Assembly: GCA_965249725.1 (NCBI GenBank)
Contig: CBDFMQ010000001.1
Span: 192,001-256,000 of the forward strand
Reading direction: 5' to 3'
DNA length: 64,000 bases
Origin: Longimicrobiales bacterium
GTDB lineage: Bacteria; Gemmatimonadota; Gemmatimonadetes; Longimicrobiales; Gaopeijiaceae
Positions 49,641-59,265 of this stretch are shown here, one piece after another. How positions within the stretch are numbered: position 1 is the first letter of the stretch; each line of letters starts with the position of its first letter. Both the position numbers and the translations under genes were made by a program. The notes under the pieces are model-generated. The model did no database searches, was not told where the DNA came from, and saw only the letters and a list, made by a program, of their open reading frames with translations.

Positions 49641-50105
49641 CTACTTCTTCCTGCGGACGGCCTGGATCATCTGGTCGAGGGCCTGGAGGAACTGAGACCG
49701 GTCCCGCTTCTCAAAGGGAGGGGGTCCGCCGGTCACTTCGCCCATATCGCGTAGTTGGGACATGAGTTCCCTGGTTGCCAGTGCGCCACCGATGGAATCC
49801 TCCGTGTAGGGACGTCCACGTGGACCGAGCACCCCGGCCCCCTTGCTCAAGCAGTCCGCGGCCAGGGGGATGTCGGCCGTAATCACGATGTCGTCCTCGG
49901 ATACGTGTTCGACGATCCAGGCGTCTGCTGCGTCTAGCTCTCCGTCCACGATCACCAATTCGAGCCAATCCTCCCGGGGCGTGCGGAGCCAGGAGTTGGA
50001 GACCAGCTTCACGCCGATGCCGTAGCGCTGGGCGACACGATAGACCTCATCCTTCACCGGACAGGCGTCGGCGTCCACGAAGATTCTCGGCAAGGAGTCC
50101 GTCAC
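49641..50105 (-). CDS. yaiI: YaiI/YqxD (DUF188) family protein
   Basis: IFVDADACPVK, DAADAWI, ITADIPLA, GGPPPF. Confidence 0.93.
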   Translation of the reverse strand: MTDSLPRIFVDADACPVKDEVYRVAQRYGIGVKLVSNSWLRTPREDWLELVIVDGELDAADAWIVEHVSEDDIVITADIPLAADCLSKGAGVLGPRGRPYTEDSIGGALATRELMSQLRDMGEVTGGPPPFEKRDRSQFLQALDQMIQAVRRKK

Positions 50106-51079
50106 GGCGATGCCGATCCGAGGACCGGCCCCATCGGTATCAGCGTGCTCCGAATTTCAGCGATGTGCCCGGGCTGGATTCGGCAACATCCGCCGATTCC
50201 GGTCGCGCCCAGTTCGGCCCATTCTTCCACGAAGGTCACCAAGTCGCTCTGGTGCGGGGATGGGGCCCAGGTCTTCGTGGTCGCGTCGTAGGTCTCACCG
50301 GAGTTCGCATAGACGATGACGTGCTTCGGCTTGGCCTTCCTCATCTCGCCGATGAGCGACGAAACTCGATAGGGAGGGATGCAGTTGACCCCGATAGCCG
50401 CTATCCGTGGCTCGCCGGCGCACAACTCGGCGACCTGCTCGAGCCGAGTGCCGTCACTCAGATGAGCTCCGTCCCGACAGCTGAAGCTCATCCACGCCCA
50501 GCAGTCCTCTGTCTCCTGCAACAGTCTAAGGAGAGCCTCGACTTCGGGAAGCGACGGAATGGTCTCGCACGCCATCAGGTCCGCGCGGCTGCCTGCCAGC
50601 GCTTGCCAGCGTCTCTCATGGAAGGCGTGCAGTTCGTCCGCGTCGAGCCCGTAGTCGCCGGTGTACTCCGATCCGTCGGCGAGGAACGCTCCGTACGGCC
50701 CGATACTGGCCGCGACGAGGGGGCGAAGGCGACCCTGTCGGTTGGCCGGGTCCGCCCAGAAGGCGTCGCGGGTATCGACCGCGATGTCTACGGCCTGCAC
50801 CAGAAGTCCCTCGGCCTCCTCCTCTCCGAGACCCTTGGCCGCGAAGCCGGGGAACGTGGCCTGATAGGTAGCCGTCGCGATACAGTCGGCACCTGCGGCC
50901 AGGAAATCGCGGTGTACTTCCGCGATGGCGTCTGGGTCCTCCAGGATCACCTTGGCGGACCAGAGATCGTCGTTGAGGACGTGCCCGCGGGCCTCCAAGG
51001 CGGTGGCCAGGCCACCGTCCAGCACGAGTCTACCCTGGGAGCGCACGAACGGGACGAGTGGGTTCTCGATGTCTACCAT
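50102..51079 (-). CDS. mmuM: Homocysteine S-methyltransferase
   Basis: LDGGLAT, LWS, GPYGA..DGSEY, GVNC and GGCC Zn ligands. Confidence 0.93.
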   Translation of the reverse strand: MVDIENPLVPFVRSQGRLVLDGGLATALEARGHVLNDDLWSAKVILEDPDAIAEVHRDFLAAGADCIATATYQATFPGFAAKGLGEEEAEGLLVQAVDIAVDTRDAFWADPANRQGRLRPLVAASIGPYGAFLADGSEYTGDYGLDADELHAFHERRWQALAGSRADLMACETIPSLPEVEALLRLLQETEDCWAWMSFSCRDGAHLSDGTRLEQVAELCAGEPRIAAIGVNCIPPYRVSSLIGEMRKAKPKHVIVYANSGETYDATTKTWAPSPHQSDLVTFVEEWAELGATGIGGCCRIQPGHIAEIRSTLIPMGPVLGSASP

Positions 51080-51087
51080 CCCTTCGT

Positions 51088-51125
51088 AAAAAAGCGGGCC
51101 ACCCCGAATCCTCGGGATGGCCCGC
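51088..51125 (-). terminator. Intrinsic terminator after cold-shock gene 2
   Basis: GCGGGCCATCCCGA...TCGGGGTGGCCCGC then T6. Confidence 0.88.
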
Positions 51126-51159
51126 CGCCTGCTATAGGCCATACGGCCTTATTGAGGCT

Positions 51160-51369
51160 TTAGAGCTTCTGGACGTTCTCTGCAGCGGGACCCTTCTGGC
51201 CCTCCACCACGTCGAACTCAACGCTCTCGCCCTCGGCGAGAGACTTGAAGCCCTCGGCCTGAATCGCCGAATGATGAACGAACAGATCTCTGCTGCCATC
51301 CTCCGGGGTGATAAAGCCGAAGCCCTTTTGGTCGTTGAACCACTTCACAGTGCCTTTGGTACGCATCAT
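51160..51369 (-). CDS. Cold-shock protein (CspA family), copy 2
   Basis: RNP1/RNP2 motifs; close paralog of copy 1. Confidence 0.97.
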   Translation of the reverse strand: MMRTKGTVKWFNDQKGFGFITPEDGSRDLFVHHSAIQAEGFKSLAEGESVEFDVVEGQKGPAAENVQKL

Positions 51370-51550
51370 CTTGCTCCATCTTGTTGGTCATGGTCGGAGT
51401 TTCGGACAATCCGCACCTTCCGACTTCTTGACTCTCGCGGTCGTAACCCCCGCGCTGGGTCGTGGCACTTGCCACGAAAAAAGCGGGCAGCCCGTGGAGG
51501 CCCCCGCATCGGTACTTCTGCTTACAGCCTACGCTCAGTTTTCTTTATTC
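51370..51550 (-). ncRNA. Putative structured 5' leader of csp copy 2
   Basis: Shares sequence blocks and hairpins with the copy 1 leader; includes a hairpin followed by U6. Confidence 0.6.
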
Positions 51551-51556
51551 GCCGTA

Positions 51557-51585
51557 AAGCTCACGGAAACGCCCCGTGGCGTCAA
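51557..51585 (-). promoter_or_regulatory. Putative sigma70 promoter of csp copy 2
   Basis: TTGACG-N17-GAGCTT. Confidence 0.42.
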
Positions 51586-51903
51586 CTACCGCGGATCCGT
51601 GGGGGGAAGGCCTCTCAGGGTACAGAGAAGCGTAGTCGGGCTCCTAGGCCTTCCCCCTCCGTATCGAGGAGGGCCCCGGCGCTACGGTTCAGTTCGGTTA
51701 CCGTCAGTTCTTGAAGGTGGAGCATGATCGCCTCCCCCCCGAAGGGGGCATACCGGTGCCTTCGAAGCGTCGAGAGAGACCGGTCGCCCCGACAAACTGA
51801 GAATGTCCGCACCACTAGCATAATCTCACGAATCGAAGCGTGCCGCGCTGTAGGGGTTTTTCTGATATGGGCAAGCCAGCGTACGGTGCGCATATTGATA
51901 TGC

Positions 51904-52350
51904 ATGGAGTGTCGCAACCGAGACGAGCTGCTCCCGGCGACCGAAGTGTCTGCAGACGGCCGGCTACCGTGCCGCGGGTTTACGCTGATCGAGCTGATGA
52001 TCGTGACGGTCATCGTCGCACTGTTGGCGGGCATCGCGGTGCCCGAGTTCGACGGTATCCGACAGAAGGCCTTCAACGCTGCGGCTCTGGCGGATCTCAA
52101 CAACGCCAACAAGGAGATCGAGCGCTTCTTCAACGACAACTTTCGATATCCCGCGGATGATGACGAGTTGATCGCAGCGGGGTATTCGCACTCCCCAGGC
52201 GTGTCGTTTACGACGTTCAGCATCCGGGATGCCAGCAACCCGGCCACGACCCGCGTGCACATGCACATCAACCACGAGGGGTCGACGCACTACTATCACT
52301 ACGAATATCCGAAGGGGTATGCCGGGGTGCCGGAGCTTCGCTGGAAGTAG
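51904..52350 (+). CDS. Type IV pilin / pseudopilin-like protein
   Basis: RG|FTLIELMIVTVIVALLAGIAVP class III signal; start codon uncertain. Confidence 0.88.
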   Translation: MECRNRDELLPATEVSADGRLPCRGFTLIELMIVTVIVALLAGIAVPEFDGIRQKAFNAAALADLNNANKEIERFFNDNFRYPADDDELIAAGYSHSPGVSFTTFSIRDASNPATTRVHMHINHEGSTHYYHYEYPKGYAGVPELRWK

Positions 52351-52362
52351 TGCCGGTCGTGA

Positions 52363-52848
52363 TCAGCCGGTGACGACGGAGACTTCCTCCACGATCCATC
52401 CGGTCTCGGGGGTGAACTGCGCCTCGCAGAGAATCTCGGCCCTGGTCCGGCGGCGGCCGTCCTGAATCTCGACCGGGAAAACGACGCTGTACTCCCCGCC
52501 CTGCAGATACTCGGGTCGTTCGGGTCCGAGGAACGAGGGATCCTGCTCGGCCATCTCAGATTCGATCGCCTCACGACAGATCAGCACCGCCTCTTCCTCG
52601 GAGTGCAGGGCCTCAAGCTCGGGATCAGGGCCGGCGTCACCGCTCAGGCCGCGCCACAGGTTGACGACTACGAGCGCGGCGAGGAGCGGGATGGCAGCAC
52701 GCTTCCATCCCTTCGAGCTCCCGCCACCGCCTCCAGGCCGAGGGCCTTTCGGGAGGACCTTGGAGGCAGACAGAGCTCCGCAGTAGGGACAATCCTCGCG
52801 GTCGTCTTTGAATCTGCGTTCGCAGACCTGGCAGGTGGTTAGTGGCAA
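52363..52848 (-). CDS. Hypothetical membrane protein with N-terminal Zn ribbon
   Basis: CQVC...CPYCG followed by a TM helix. Confidence 0.65.
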   Translation of the reverse strand: MPLTTCQVCERRFKDDREDCPYCGALSASKVLPKGPRPGGGGGSSKGWKRAAIPLLAALVVVNLWRGLSGDAGPDPELEALHSEEEAVLICREAIESEMAEQDPSFLGPERPEYLQGGEYSVVFPVEIQDGRRRTRAEILCEAQFTPETGWIVEEVSVVTG

Positions 52849-52989
52849 CGGAGGGTCTGGGGGTTCAGGGGTTGTGGTTGGAGAACTTGTCCGACCCGAG
52901 GGGCCAGTGGCAAGAACCGGATGGCGTGGAGACGGTCCAGTCCCGAGATTGCCTCACGGATTCCCCGCACCCGTCAGCAGGAGGCAGGT

Positions 52990-53415
52990 ATGAAGATCAG
53001 GGATATCCTCAGCCACAAAGGGCACGATGTGGTGACCGCGTCCACCGGCGACAGTGTCCTCCAAGTTATCCGTGTTCTCGTTGACCAAAACATCGGTGGT
53101 GTCGTGGTCGTTGATCGCGGGGAGGTCGTCGGCATTCTCACGGAACGTGACGTCCTCCGTCTCGCCGCGACCAAGGCGGATATGCTCGAGGATCTCGAAG
53201 TTGGTCAGGTAATGACTGGCGATGTGATCAAGCTCGCGGCCGACGATGACCTCGCCCACGTAATGGAGGTAATGACGGAGAATCGGATCCGACACCTTCC
53301 GGTCATCGAGGACGGCCGGTTGGCCGGGATCGTGACGATCGGCGATGTCATCAACGCCTTCCGGCGCGTGGCCGAGGACGAGAATGCGCACCTGAGGCGG
53401 TATATCCAAGCCTGA
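52990..53415 (+). CDS. CBS-domain protein
   Basis: GILTERD, RIRHLPV, GIVTIGD. Confidence 0.92.
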   Translation: MKIRDILSHKGHDVVTASTGDSVLQVIRVLVDQNIGGVVVVDRGEVVGILTERDVLRLAATKADMLEDLEVGQVMTGDVIKLAADDDLAHVMEVMTENRIRHLPVIEDGRLAGIVTIGDVINAFRRVAEDENAHLRRYIQA

Positions 53416-53428
53416 AGCTGACGGGACG

Positions 53429-54100
53429 CTAGCCCTTACGCACCACCCAGGTCGTCATGCAACGAAGCCCCTGGACGTTGGTGGTCTTGATAGGGTCCGC
53501 GAGGGTCCCCCCCAGCTTGTCCGTCAGAGCGAGGAGGAGCTCCTCATCAACGAGGAAGCGATCGGTCCCGTCCGGGAGGTGGAAGCGGCGGTGCCCTAGG
53601 CTCTCGATGCGGTCCTCGATCCCGATGGATGAGGCCGTTCGGGCCCAGAAGAGGCCGCCGCTCTTGAGAACCCTCCACATTGCGGAGACCATCGCTTCGA
53701 ACTCCAACTCGTCCGAGCTGAAGTGCAGCACGGCGCTGCTCAGCACCACGTCGAAGTGCTCATCCGGATGTGGGAGTTCCGCCACGTTGCAGACCTGGAA
53801 GTTCTCCCCGGGTAGAGCCGGGGCCACTTCGGCCGCGAGTCGTTGCACCTGGAGCACGGCTTCGGGACTGCGATCGATCCCTGATGCGTCATATCCGGCT
53901 CGAAGCAGAAACGACAGATTCCTGCCCTCTCCGCACCCGGCGTCCAGCATCCGCATTCCGGGTGTGATTCTACCACGAAGCAGCTGGTCGAAGAGGTAGA
54001 TATCGATCGGTCCGAAGACCCGTCTCAGGTCTTCGGCGTCGGTGAGTGAATCGCTTGCCAATTGCATTCTGGTGTGAAGGTCGTCAGGGTGTTGCGACAT
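53429..54100 (-). CDS. Class I SAM-dependent methyltransferase
   Basis: IDIYLFDQLL, LDAGCGEGRN, AVLHF. Confidence 0.88.
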   Translation of the reverse strand: MSQHPDDLHTRMQLASDSLTDAEDLRRVFGPIDIYLFDQLLRGRITPGMRMLDAGCGEGRNLSFLLRAGYDASGIDRSPEAVLQVQRLAAEVAPALPGENFQVCNVAELPHPDEHFDVVLSSAVLHFSSDELEFEAMVSAMWRVLKSGGLFWARTASSIGIEDRIESLGHRRFHLPDGTDRFLVDEELLLALTDKLGGTLADPIKTTNVQGLRCMTTWVVRKG

Positions 54101-54246
54101 CTTACACGACTGTCGAAATGCTGTGATCGTGGCCTGGCTGACGCAAGGAGCGACGCGCCAGTCGGTGGGCGGTCCGTTTTTTTCTCAAAGGAATCGGTGA
54201 TGAAGACAATAGCTGTACTGGACCACGCTGAGGACGCAGCCGCCAT

Positions 54247-55077
54247 ATGACGCGCGTTGCGATCCAGGGAGAGGCGGGGGCTTTCAGCCACGCGGCGGCC
54301 CAACAGCTGCTCGGATCGGAAATCGACGTTCGGCCATGCAGAACCTTCGACGAGGCCTTCGATGCCGTTCTGAGCGACGAGGTGGATCGGGCGGTGATTC
54401 CCGTCGAGAACTCCTTAGCCGGCCCCGTCGTCGAGTCTCTGGATCTGTTGTGGTCGACTGGTTTACGGGTCGTGGGTGAGACCCGAGTTCGTATTCGCCT
54501 CTGCCTCTCGGCCGCGCCGGGAGTCCGGATCGAGGATGTGCGGACCGTGGCTTCACATCCGGTCGCGTTGAAGCAGTGCAAGGGGCTCTTCCAAGCCTAC
54601 CCACTCATGGAGAGCGTCGTCGTCTACGACACGGCCGGTTCAGTCCGGGACCTCATGCTAGGGGACGCAGGCTACGACGCGGCCATCGGATCACTCCTTG
54701 CCGCTCAGCTCTATGGTGCGGAGGTACTGAACGAGGGAGTGGAAGACGACGATCGGAACTACACCCGGTTCTTCGAGCTGACGGCCCCGGGATCCGCGGC
54801 GTCGGAAGGTGGAGACAGTGCCGCAGTGGCTGCCGTAGTCCGGAATGAACCGGGTGGCCTTCACGAGGTGATGGGGGTCTTCGCCGGCCACGGTGTCGAC
54901 ATGACCCAGATCGTCGCTCGACCCATCCGCGGGGCCCCGTGGCAGTACCGGTTCTACATGGAAGTCCGTGCCGATCGGCCGGAGGACCTGACCAAGTGCC
55001 TGCGGGTGCTGGACGGTGTCGCGGTAGAGACCCGGGTCTTCGGCATCTACTCCAGGTGGGAAGAGGCCGCGGGCTGA
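54247..55077 (+). CDS. pheA: Prephenate dehydratase with ACT domain
   Basis: QGEAGAFS, PVENSLAG, SHPVALKQC, NYTRF. Confidence 0.92.
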   Translation: MTRVAIQGEAGAFSHAAAQQLLGSEIDVRPCRTFDEAFDAVLSDEVDRAVIPVENSLAGPVVESLDLLWSTGLRVVGETRVRIRLCLSAAPGVRIEDVRTVASHPVALKQCKGLFQAYPLMESVVVYDTAGSVRDLMLGDAGYDAAIGSLLAAQLYGAEVLNEGVEDDDRNYTRFFELTAPGSAASEGGDSAAVAAVVRNEPGGLHEVMGVFAGHGVDMTQIVARPIRGAPWQYRFYMEVRADRPEDLTKCLRVLDGVAVETRVFGIYSRWEEAAG

Positions 55078-55994
55078 ACGGGGCGTTTCGGCCGACCCCC
55101 CTTCAAGGTCACAATGACCACCGACGACAGGATCATCGCCATGGCAACGGCGGCCTTCGCGTCGAGTCGTTCGTCGGCGAGGAGCCATCCGAGAACCACG
55201 GCCACCGCCGGGTTCACATACGCATAGGTGCTAGCTCGCGCGGGTGTGGTCACGCCCAGGAGCCAGATGTAGGCCGAGTAGGCGACCACAGCGCCGAAGA
55301 CGATGAGGTACGCGAGGGAGACCAGCGACTTCATCGAGACGTTGGCTGTATCGAACTGTCCCGGTTCGCCTGATATGATCGCCATGACCGCGAGTACTGC
55401 CCCTCCGGAGAGCATCTGCATGGCGGTGGTGAGCCAGGGCGAATCCGGGAGCCGGGCCCGACGCGCATAGATCGATCCTGAAGCCCAGGCCAAGGCAGCC
55501 CCGAGGAGGGCCATCGCACCCAGGAGTCCTTCCCGACTCTGTGCCCCGACCCGGTCCGAGCTGACGAGCAGCCCCACGCCCAGGAGTCCCCACAGAAGGC
55601 CGGCGGTGAGGGCGCCGGACGGGCGCTCACTGCCACCGGTCAGCCAATCGATCAGGACCATCCACAACGAGACGGAGGCGATGATCACGGCCGCAAGCCC
55701 GGAAGGCACCCACTGGATCGCCCAGACCACGCCCCCGTTTCCTCCCCCGAGCAGCAGCGTGCCGACGATGGCTGCCGAGAGCCAGTCACGCCCGGTGGGG
55801 CGCTCTGTTCTGCTACGAGCGAAAGCGTAGAGGATGGCCCCGGCAGGGAGGAACCGAACCGCTGCCATCGTGAACGGAGGGATCGTCTCGATCGTGAAGC
55901 GGATCGCGATGTACGAGGAGCCCCAGATGACATACACCGACGCCAACGCCAGCATCAGCTTCCACAGCGCCGGGTCGGCTTGAGGTGAACGCAT
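55047..55994 (-). CDS. EamA/DMT-family transporter (YedA-like)
   Basis: VYVIWGSSY, STYAYVNP; about 10 TM. Confidence 0.9.
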   Translation of the reverse strand: MRSPQADPALWKLMLALASVYVIWGSSYIAIRFTIETIPPFTMAAVRFLPAGAILYAFARSRTERPTGRDWLSAAIVGTLLLGGGNGGVVWAIQWVPSGLAAVIIASVSLWMVLIDWLTGGSERPSGALTAGLLWGLLGVGLLVSSDRVGAQSREGLLGAMALLGAALAWASGSIYARRARLPDSPWLTTAMQMLSGGAVLAVMAIISGEPGQFDTANVSMKSLVSLAYLIVFGAVVAYSAYIWLLGVTTPARASTYAYVNPAVAVVLGWLLADERLDAKAAVAMAMILSSVVIVTLKGGRPKRPVQPAASSHLE

Positions 55995-56118
55995 GCGTAT
56001 GCATACCCCCGCGAGTTCCATGATGGCGTCGGGACGCGTAAGGGGCACGCAGCCCCAGCCTTGCCCCGCCCTCGGCTTGGGCCCAGCATCACTCAACGTC
56101 CCACCAAGGAGAATTCCC

Positions 56119-57672
56119 ATGCGCCCAGCCACCGCGCTCCCGACGGCGCTTCCGGCCGCGCTTCCGACGTCGCTTGCAGCCGTGCTTATTATGGTCGTGG
56201 TGACCGTGGCCTGCGAGGCAGGGGATACCTCTTCGGAAGCCGACGGGGGCGTATGGAATCCTGAGTTCTCAGCTGTGCAAGCCGAGCTCCTGGGTGAGCC
56301 CGGCACGCTCACGAACGCGTGGGCCGATATCGATGGGGACGGCGATTCCGATCTCTTCGTGGGGTTCAACGGAAGCCCGAATCGCCTGTACCGAAACGAC
56401 GATGGTCTACTTGTGGACGTGGCGACCGAGATGGGGTTGGCAGATGAGCGCTCGACCCGGACGTCGGCATGGGGAGACTTCGATTCGGACGGGGACCCGG
56501 ATCTCTTTCTAGGGTTTGCCGGTGGTGATGGGCCGGTCACCAAGCTCTACCGGAATGACGGAACGTCCTTTCTGGACATCACGGTCGATGTAGGGTTGCA
56601 GGTTGCAGAAGGGTCGACGCGGCAGGCGAGTTGGGTGGATTACGATTCTGACGGGGACCTGGACCTCTTTCTGGCTCTCCGGAATTTCCCCAACACCCTG
56701 TTTGCGAACGAGAACGGGACCTTCCGGGATGTCGCCGCAGAGGTTGGTCTCGACGACTTGGCGAGAACGGTGGGCGCCGTCTGGTTCGATTACCAGCAGG
56801 ACGGAGACCTCGACATCTTCGTCGCCAATATGGACGGGGATCCGAACAGGCTCTTTAGCAACGACGGTGGCACCTTCACGGACGTGGCGACTGCTGCGGG
56901 CGTCGTTAGTGGAGGGCGGGGGCTCGGAGACGAGTCACACGGCACGGTACGTCCGTGTGTGGTCGATTACGACAACGACGGGCTGTTTGACCTATTCATG
57001 GCCAACTACGGTCCCAACGCCCTCTTCAGGAATGGGGGGGACGGTACGTTCCGCGACGTGGCGCCCGAGTTTGGGCTTGATATCGATGCCCGCTACGATG
57101 CGTGCGAGTTCGGCGATTTCGACAACGACGGACGGGTCGATCTCTTCGTCAATGGGACGGTCACGGGGGGGATTCAATACCGCGACTACCTGTTCAGAAA
57201 CACCGGCGACGGTTTCGCCGATGTGACGCCGCCCGAACTGCTCGGCCTTGATGCGGATCACGGTGTTCGCTGGCTCGATTATGATCGCGATGGCGCCTTG
57301 GATCTGTCCCTCACGGGTGTGACCGACACGGGCATGCACCATGTGATGCGGAACCTGATGGGCTCCGACCTGTCGGGGCGCTCCATCCAGGTTCGGGTCG
57401 TCGATGCGGCGGGACACGCCACGAAGGCCGGGGCTGAGGTGCGGGTCTACGTGGCGGGAACCCGAACGCTCCTGGGCACCCGTCTTATCGACTCCGGGTC
57501 CGGCTATGACACCCAAAGCGTGCTGCCGGTCCACTTCGGATTGGGGGGCGATGGGCCAGTCGACATCGAGGTGTTGTTTCCTGGCGGCGGGTCACGAGAG
57601 GTGACCCAGCGGAAGAACGTCGATCCGGCCGCCCATGTCGGCCAGCCGATTACCGTGATGCTCCCCGGATAG
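56119..57672 (+). CDS. CRTAC1-like FG-GAP + ASPIC/UnbV lipoprotein
   Basis: Lipobox TVAC; DxDGDxD repeats; GSGYDTQ..VHFGLG. Confidence 0.88.
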   Translation: MRPATALPTALPAALPTSLAAVLIMVVVTVACEAGDTSSEADGGVWNPEFSAVQAELLGEPGTLTNAWADIDGDGDSDLFVGFNGSPNRLYRNDDGLLVDVATEMGLADERSTRTSAWGDFDSDGDPDLFLGFAGGDGPVTKLYRNDGTSFLDITVDVGLQVAEGSTRQASWVDYDSDGDLDLFLALRNFPNTLFANENGTFRDVAAEVGLDDLARTVGAVWFDYQQDGDLDIFVANMDGDPNRLFSNDGGTFTDVATAAGVVSGGRGLGDESHGTVRPCVVDYDNDGLFDLFMANYGPNALFRNGGDGTFRDVAPEFGLDIDARYDACEFGDFDNDGRVDLFVNGTVTGGIQYRDYLFRNTGDGFADVTPPELLGLDADHGVRWLDYDRDGALDLSLTGVTDTGMHHVMRNLMGSDLSGRSIQVRVVDAAGHATKAGAEVRVYVAGTRTLLGTRLIDSGSGYDTQSVLPVHFGLGGDGPVDIEVLFPGGGSREVTQRKNVDPAAHVGQPITVMLPG

Positions 57673-57678
57673 ACCAAA

Positions 57679-58503
57679 ATGTCCCCCGGCCTCTCCGTCC
57701 GTCCTCTCACCCCGGTCATCGGGGCGGAAATCGAAGGCGTGAACCTCGCCGAGCCGTTGGACGACCTCACCGTCAAGGAGATCCAGGACGCGCTCACTGC
57801 ACACCAGGTGATCTTCTTTCGAAACCAGGACATCTCGGTCGAGCAGCAAAAGGCTCTCGGCAGGTGGTTCGGAGAACTGGTCGTGCATCCCAACGATCCC
57901 GGGCTGGAGGGCCATCCCGAGGTGATGATCATCCACGCCGACGAATCGTCCAAGCGGGTGGCGGGGGAGCGGTGGCACTCCGACGTATCTTGCTCGGAGG
58001 AGCCTCCCTTGGGCTCGATCCTCCGCCTGTTCACCGTTCCGGAATCGGGTGGCGATACCCTCTTCGCCAGCATGTACGCGGCCTACGACGCCCTATCCGG
58101 GCCGATGAAGAGCTTGCTCCAGGGGCTGACCGCGATTCACGATGGTGGGCCATACTACCGGGACGTGAACCCTCTGATCGGTCGCGACGAGGCCGGTCGT
58201 GAATACCCCAAGGCCGAGCATCCCGTGGTCCGGTCCCACCCCGTGACGGGACGAAAGGCCCTCTTCGTCAACGAGATCTTCACGACCCGGCTGGTGGGCC
58301 TGCCTACGCCCGAAAGCGACGCGATCCTCGATTTTCTGTTCCGGCATGTGCAGCGTGGCGACTTCCAGTGCCGCTTCCGTTGGGAGCCCCACTCGATCTC
58401 GTTTTGGGACAACCGTTGGACCCAGCACCTGGCGATCTGGGACTACTGGCCCCAGACCCGATCGGGGTACCGCGTCACCATCAGGGGAGAGCGTCCAGTC
58501 TGA
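57679..58503 (+). CDS. tauD: TauD/TfdA-family Fe(II)/2-oxoglutarate dioxygenase
   Basis: WHSD, GGDTLF, HPVVRSHP, WDNRWTQH. Confidence 0.9.
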   Translation: MSPGLSVRPLTPVIGAEIEGVNLAEPLDDLTVKEIQDALTAHQVIFFRNQDISVEQQKALGRWFGELVVHPNDPGLEGHPEVMIIHADESSKRVAGERWHSDVSCSEEPPLGSILRLFTVPESGGDTLFASMYAAYDALSGPMKSLLQGLTAIHDGGPYYRDVNPLIGRDEAGREYPKAEHPVVRSHPVTGRKALFVNEIFTTRLVGLPTPESDAILDFLFRHVQRGDFQCRFRWEPHSISFWDNRWTQHLAIWDYWPQTRSGYRVTIRGERPV

Positions 58504-58512
58504 CGGCGACCG

Positions 58513-59202
58513 TCACTCGCCCTCCTTCAGGATTCGCTCCAGGGCCTCCTCGTCGGATACCCGGTACGTCCCGTCACCCTCGGAGACGATGACACCCTCC
58601 TGCTTCATCTTCCCCAACTCCCGAGCCAGGACCTCCCGGACCGTTCCCAGATCCTCGGCCCACGACTCCTGGGTGCCCTCCACGCGGATCACACCCTCCC
58701 CATCGGTGGCCTCTGCGAGTAGCGACGAGGCCAGTCTGGACCGCACCGTCCCGAGCGTATTGCGCTGAAGACGGGCCACGAGGTGGCGCACCCGTCCCCC
58801 CAGACGCTCGAGCAATCGCCAGGCCAGGTCGGGATCCGCGCGGATGGCGGCGTGGATCACGTCCGCCGGGACGATGAGGCATTCCCCGTCCGTGGCCGCG
58901 ATACACGTCGCGGGGTATCCCGCCCCGTCCAGCAACGGGACCTCGCCTAGGGTCGCGCCCGGGCCCTCCGTGTGGACCTGCTGACGGCCCGCACGGGTCT
59001 GCAGCACCCGCACTCGACCACTCAACAGCACGTACAGGCCACGAGAAGGCTCACCGGCCCGCCACAACAATGCCCCTTTCACGTGGCGTCGAACCGTGGC
59101 CTGCCGACAGAGGTCCGTACGGGCGGCGGCGTTCAGCTCGCGAAAGATCTCGATTCCTGCGAGCGTCGATTCTTCGATCATGGGTCCTGTGACAAAAGTC
59201 AC
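58513..59202 (-). CDS. Crp/Fnr-family transcriptional regulator
   Basis: cNMP-binding GEVPLLDG; HTH LGTVREVLAREL. Confidence 0.9.
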   Translation of the reverse strand: MTFVTGPMIEESTLAGIEIFRELNAAARTDLCRQATVRRHVKGALLWRAGEPSRGLYVLLSGRVRVLQTRAGRQQVHTEGPGATLGEVPLLDGAGYPATCIAATDGECLIVPADVIHAAIRADPDLAWRLLERLGGRVRHLVARLQRNTLGTVRSRLASSLLAEATDGEGVIRVEGTQESWAEDLGTVREVLARELGKMKQEGVIVSEGDGTYRVSDEEALERILKEGE

Positions 59203-59265
59203 GGCTGTGCGGTTCTGGAGCCGTCATCTTCCGAGGAATGACACCCTTGCCGCAAGGAGTTCGAC

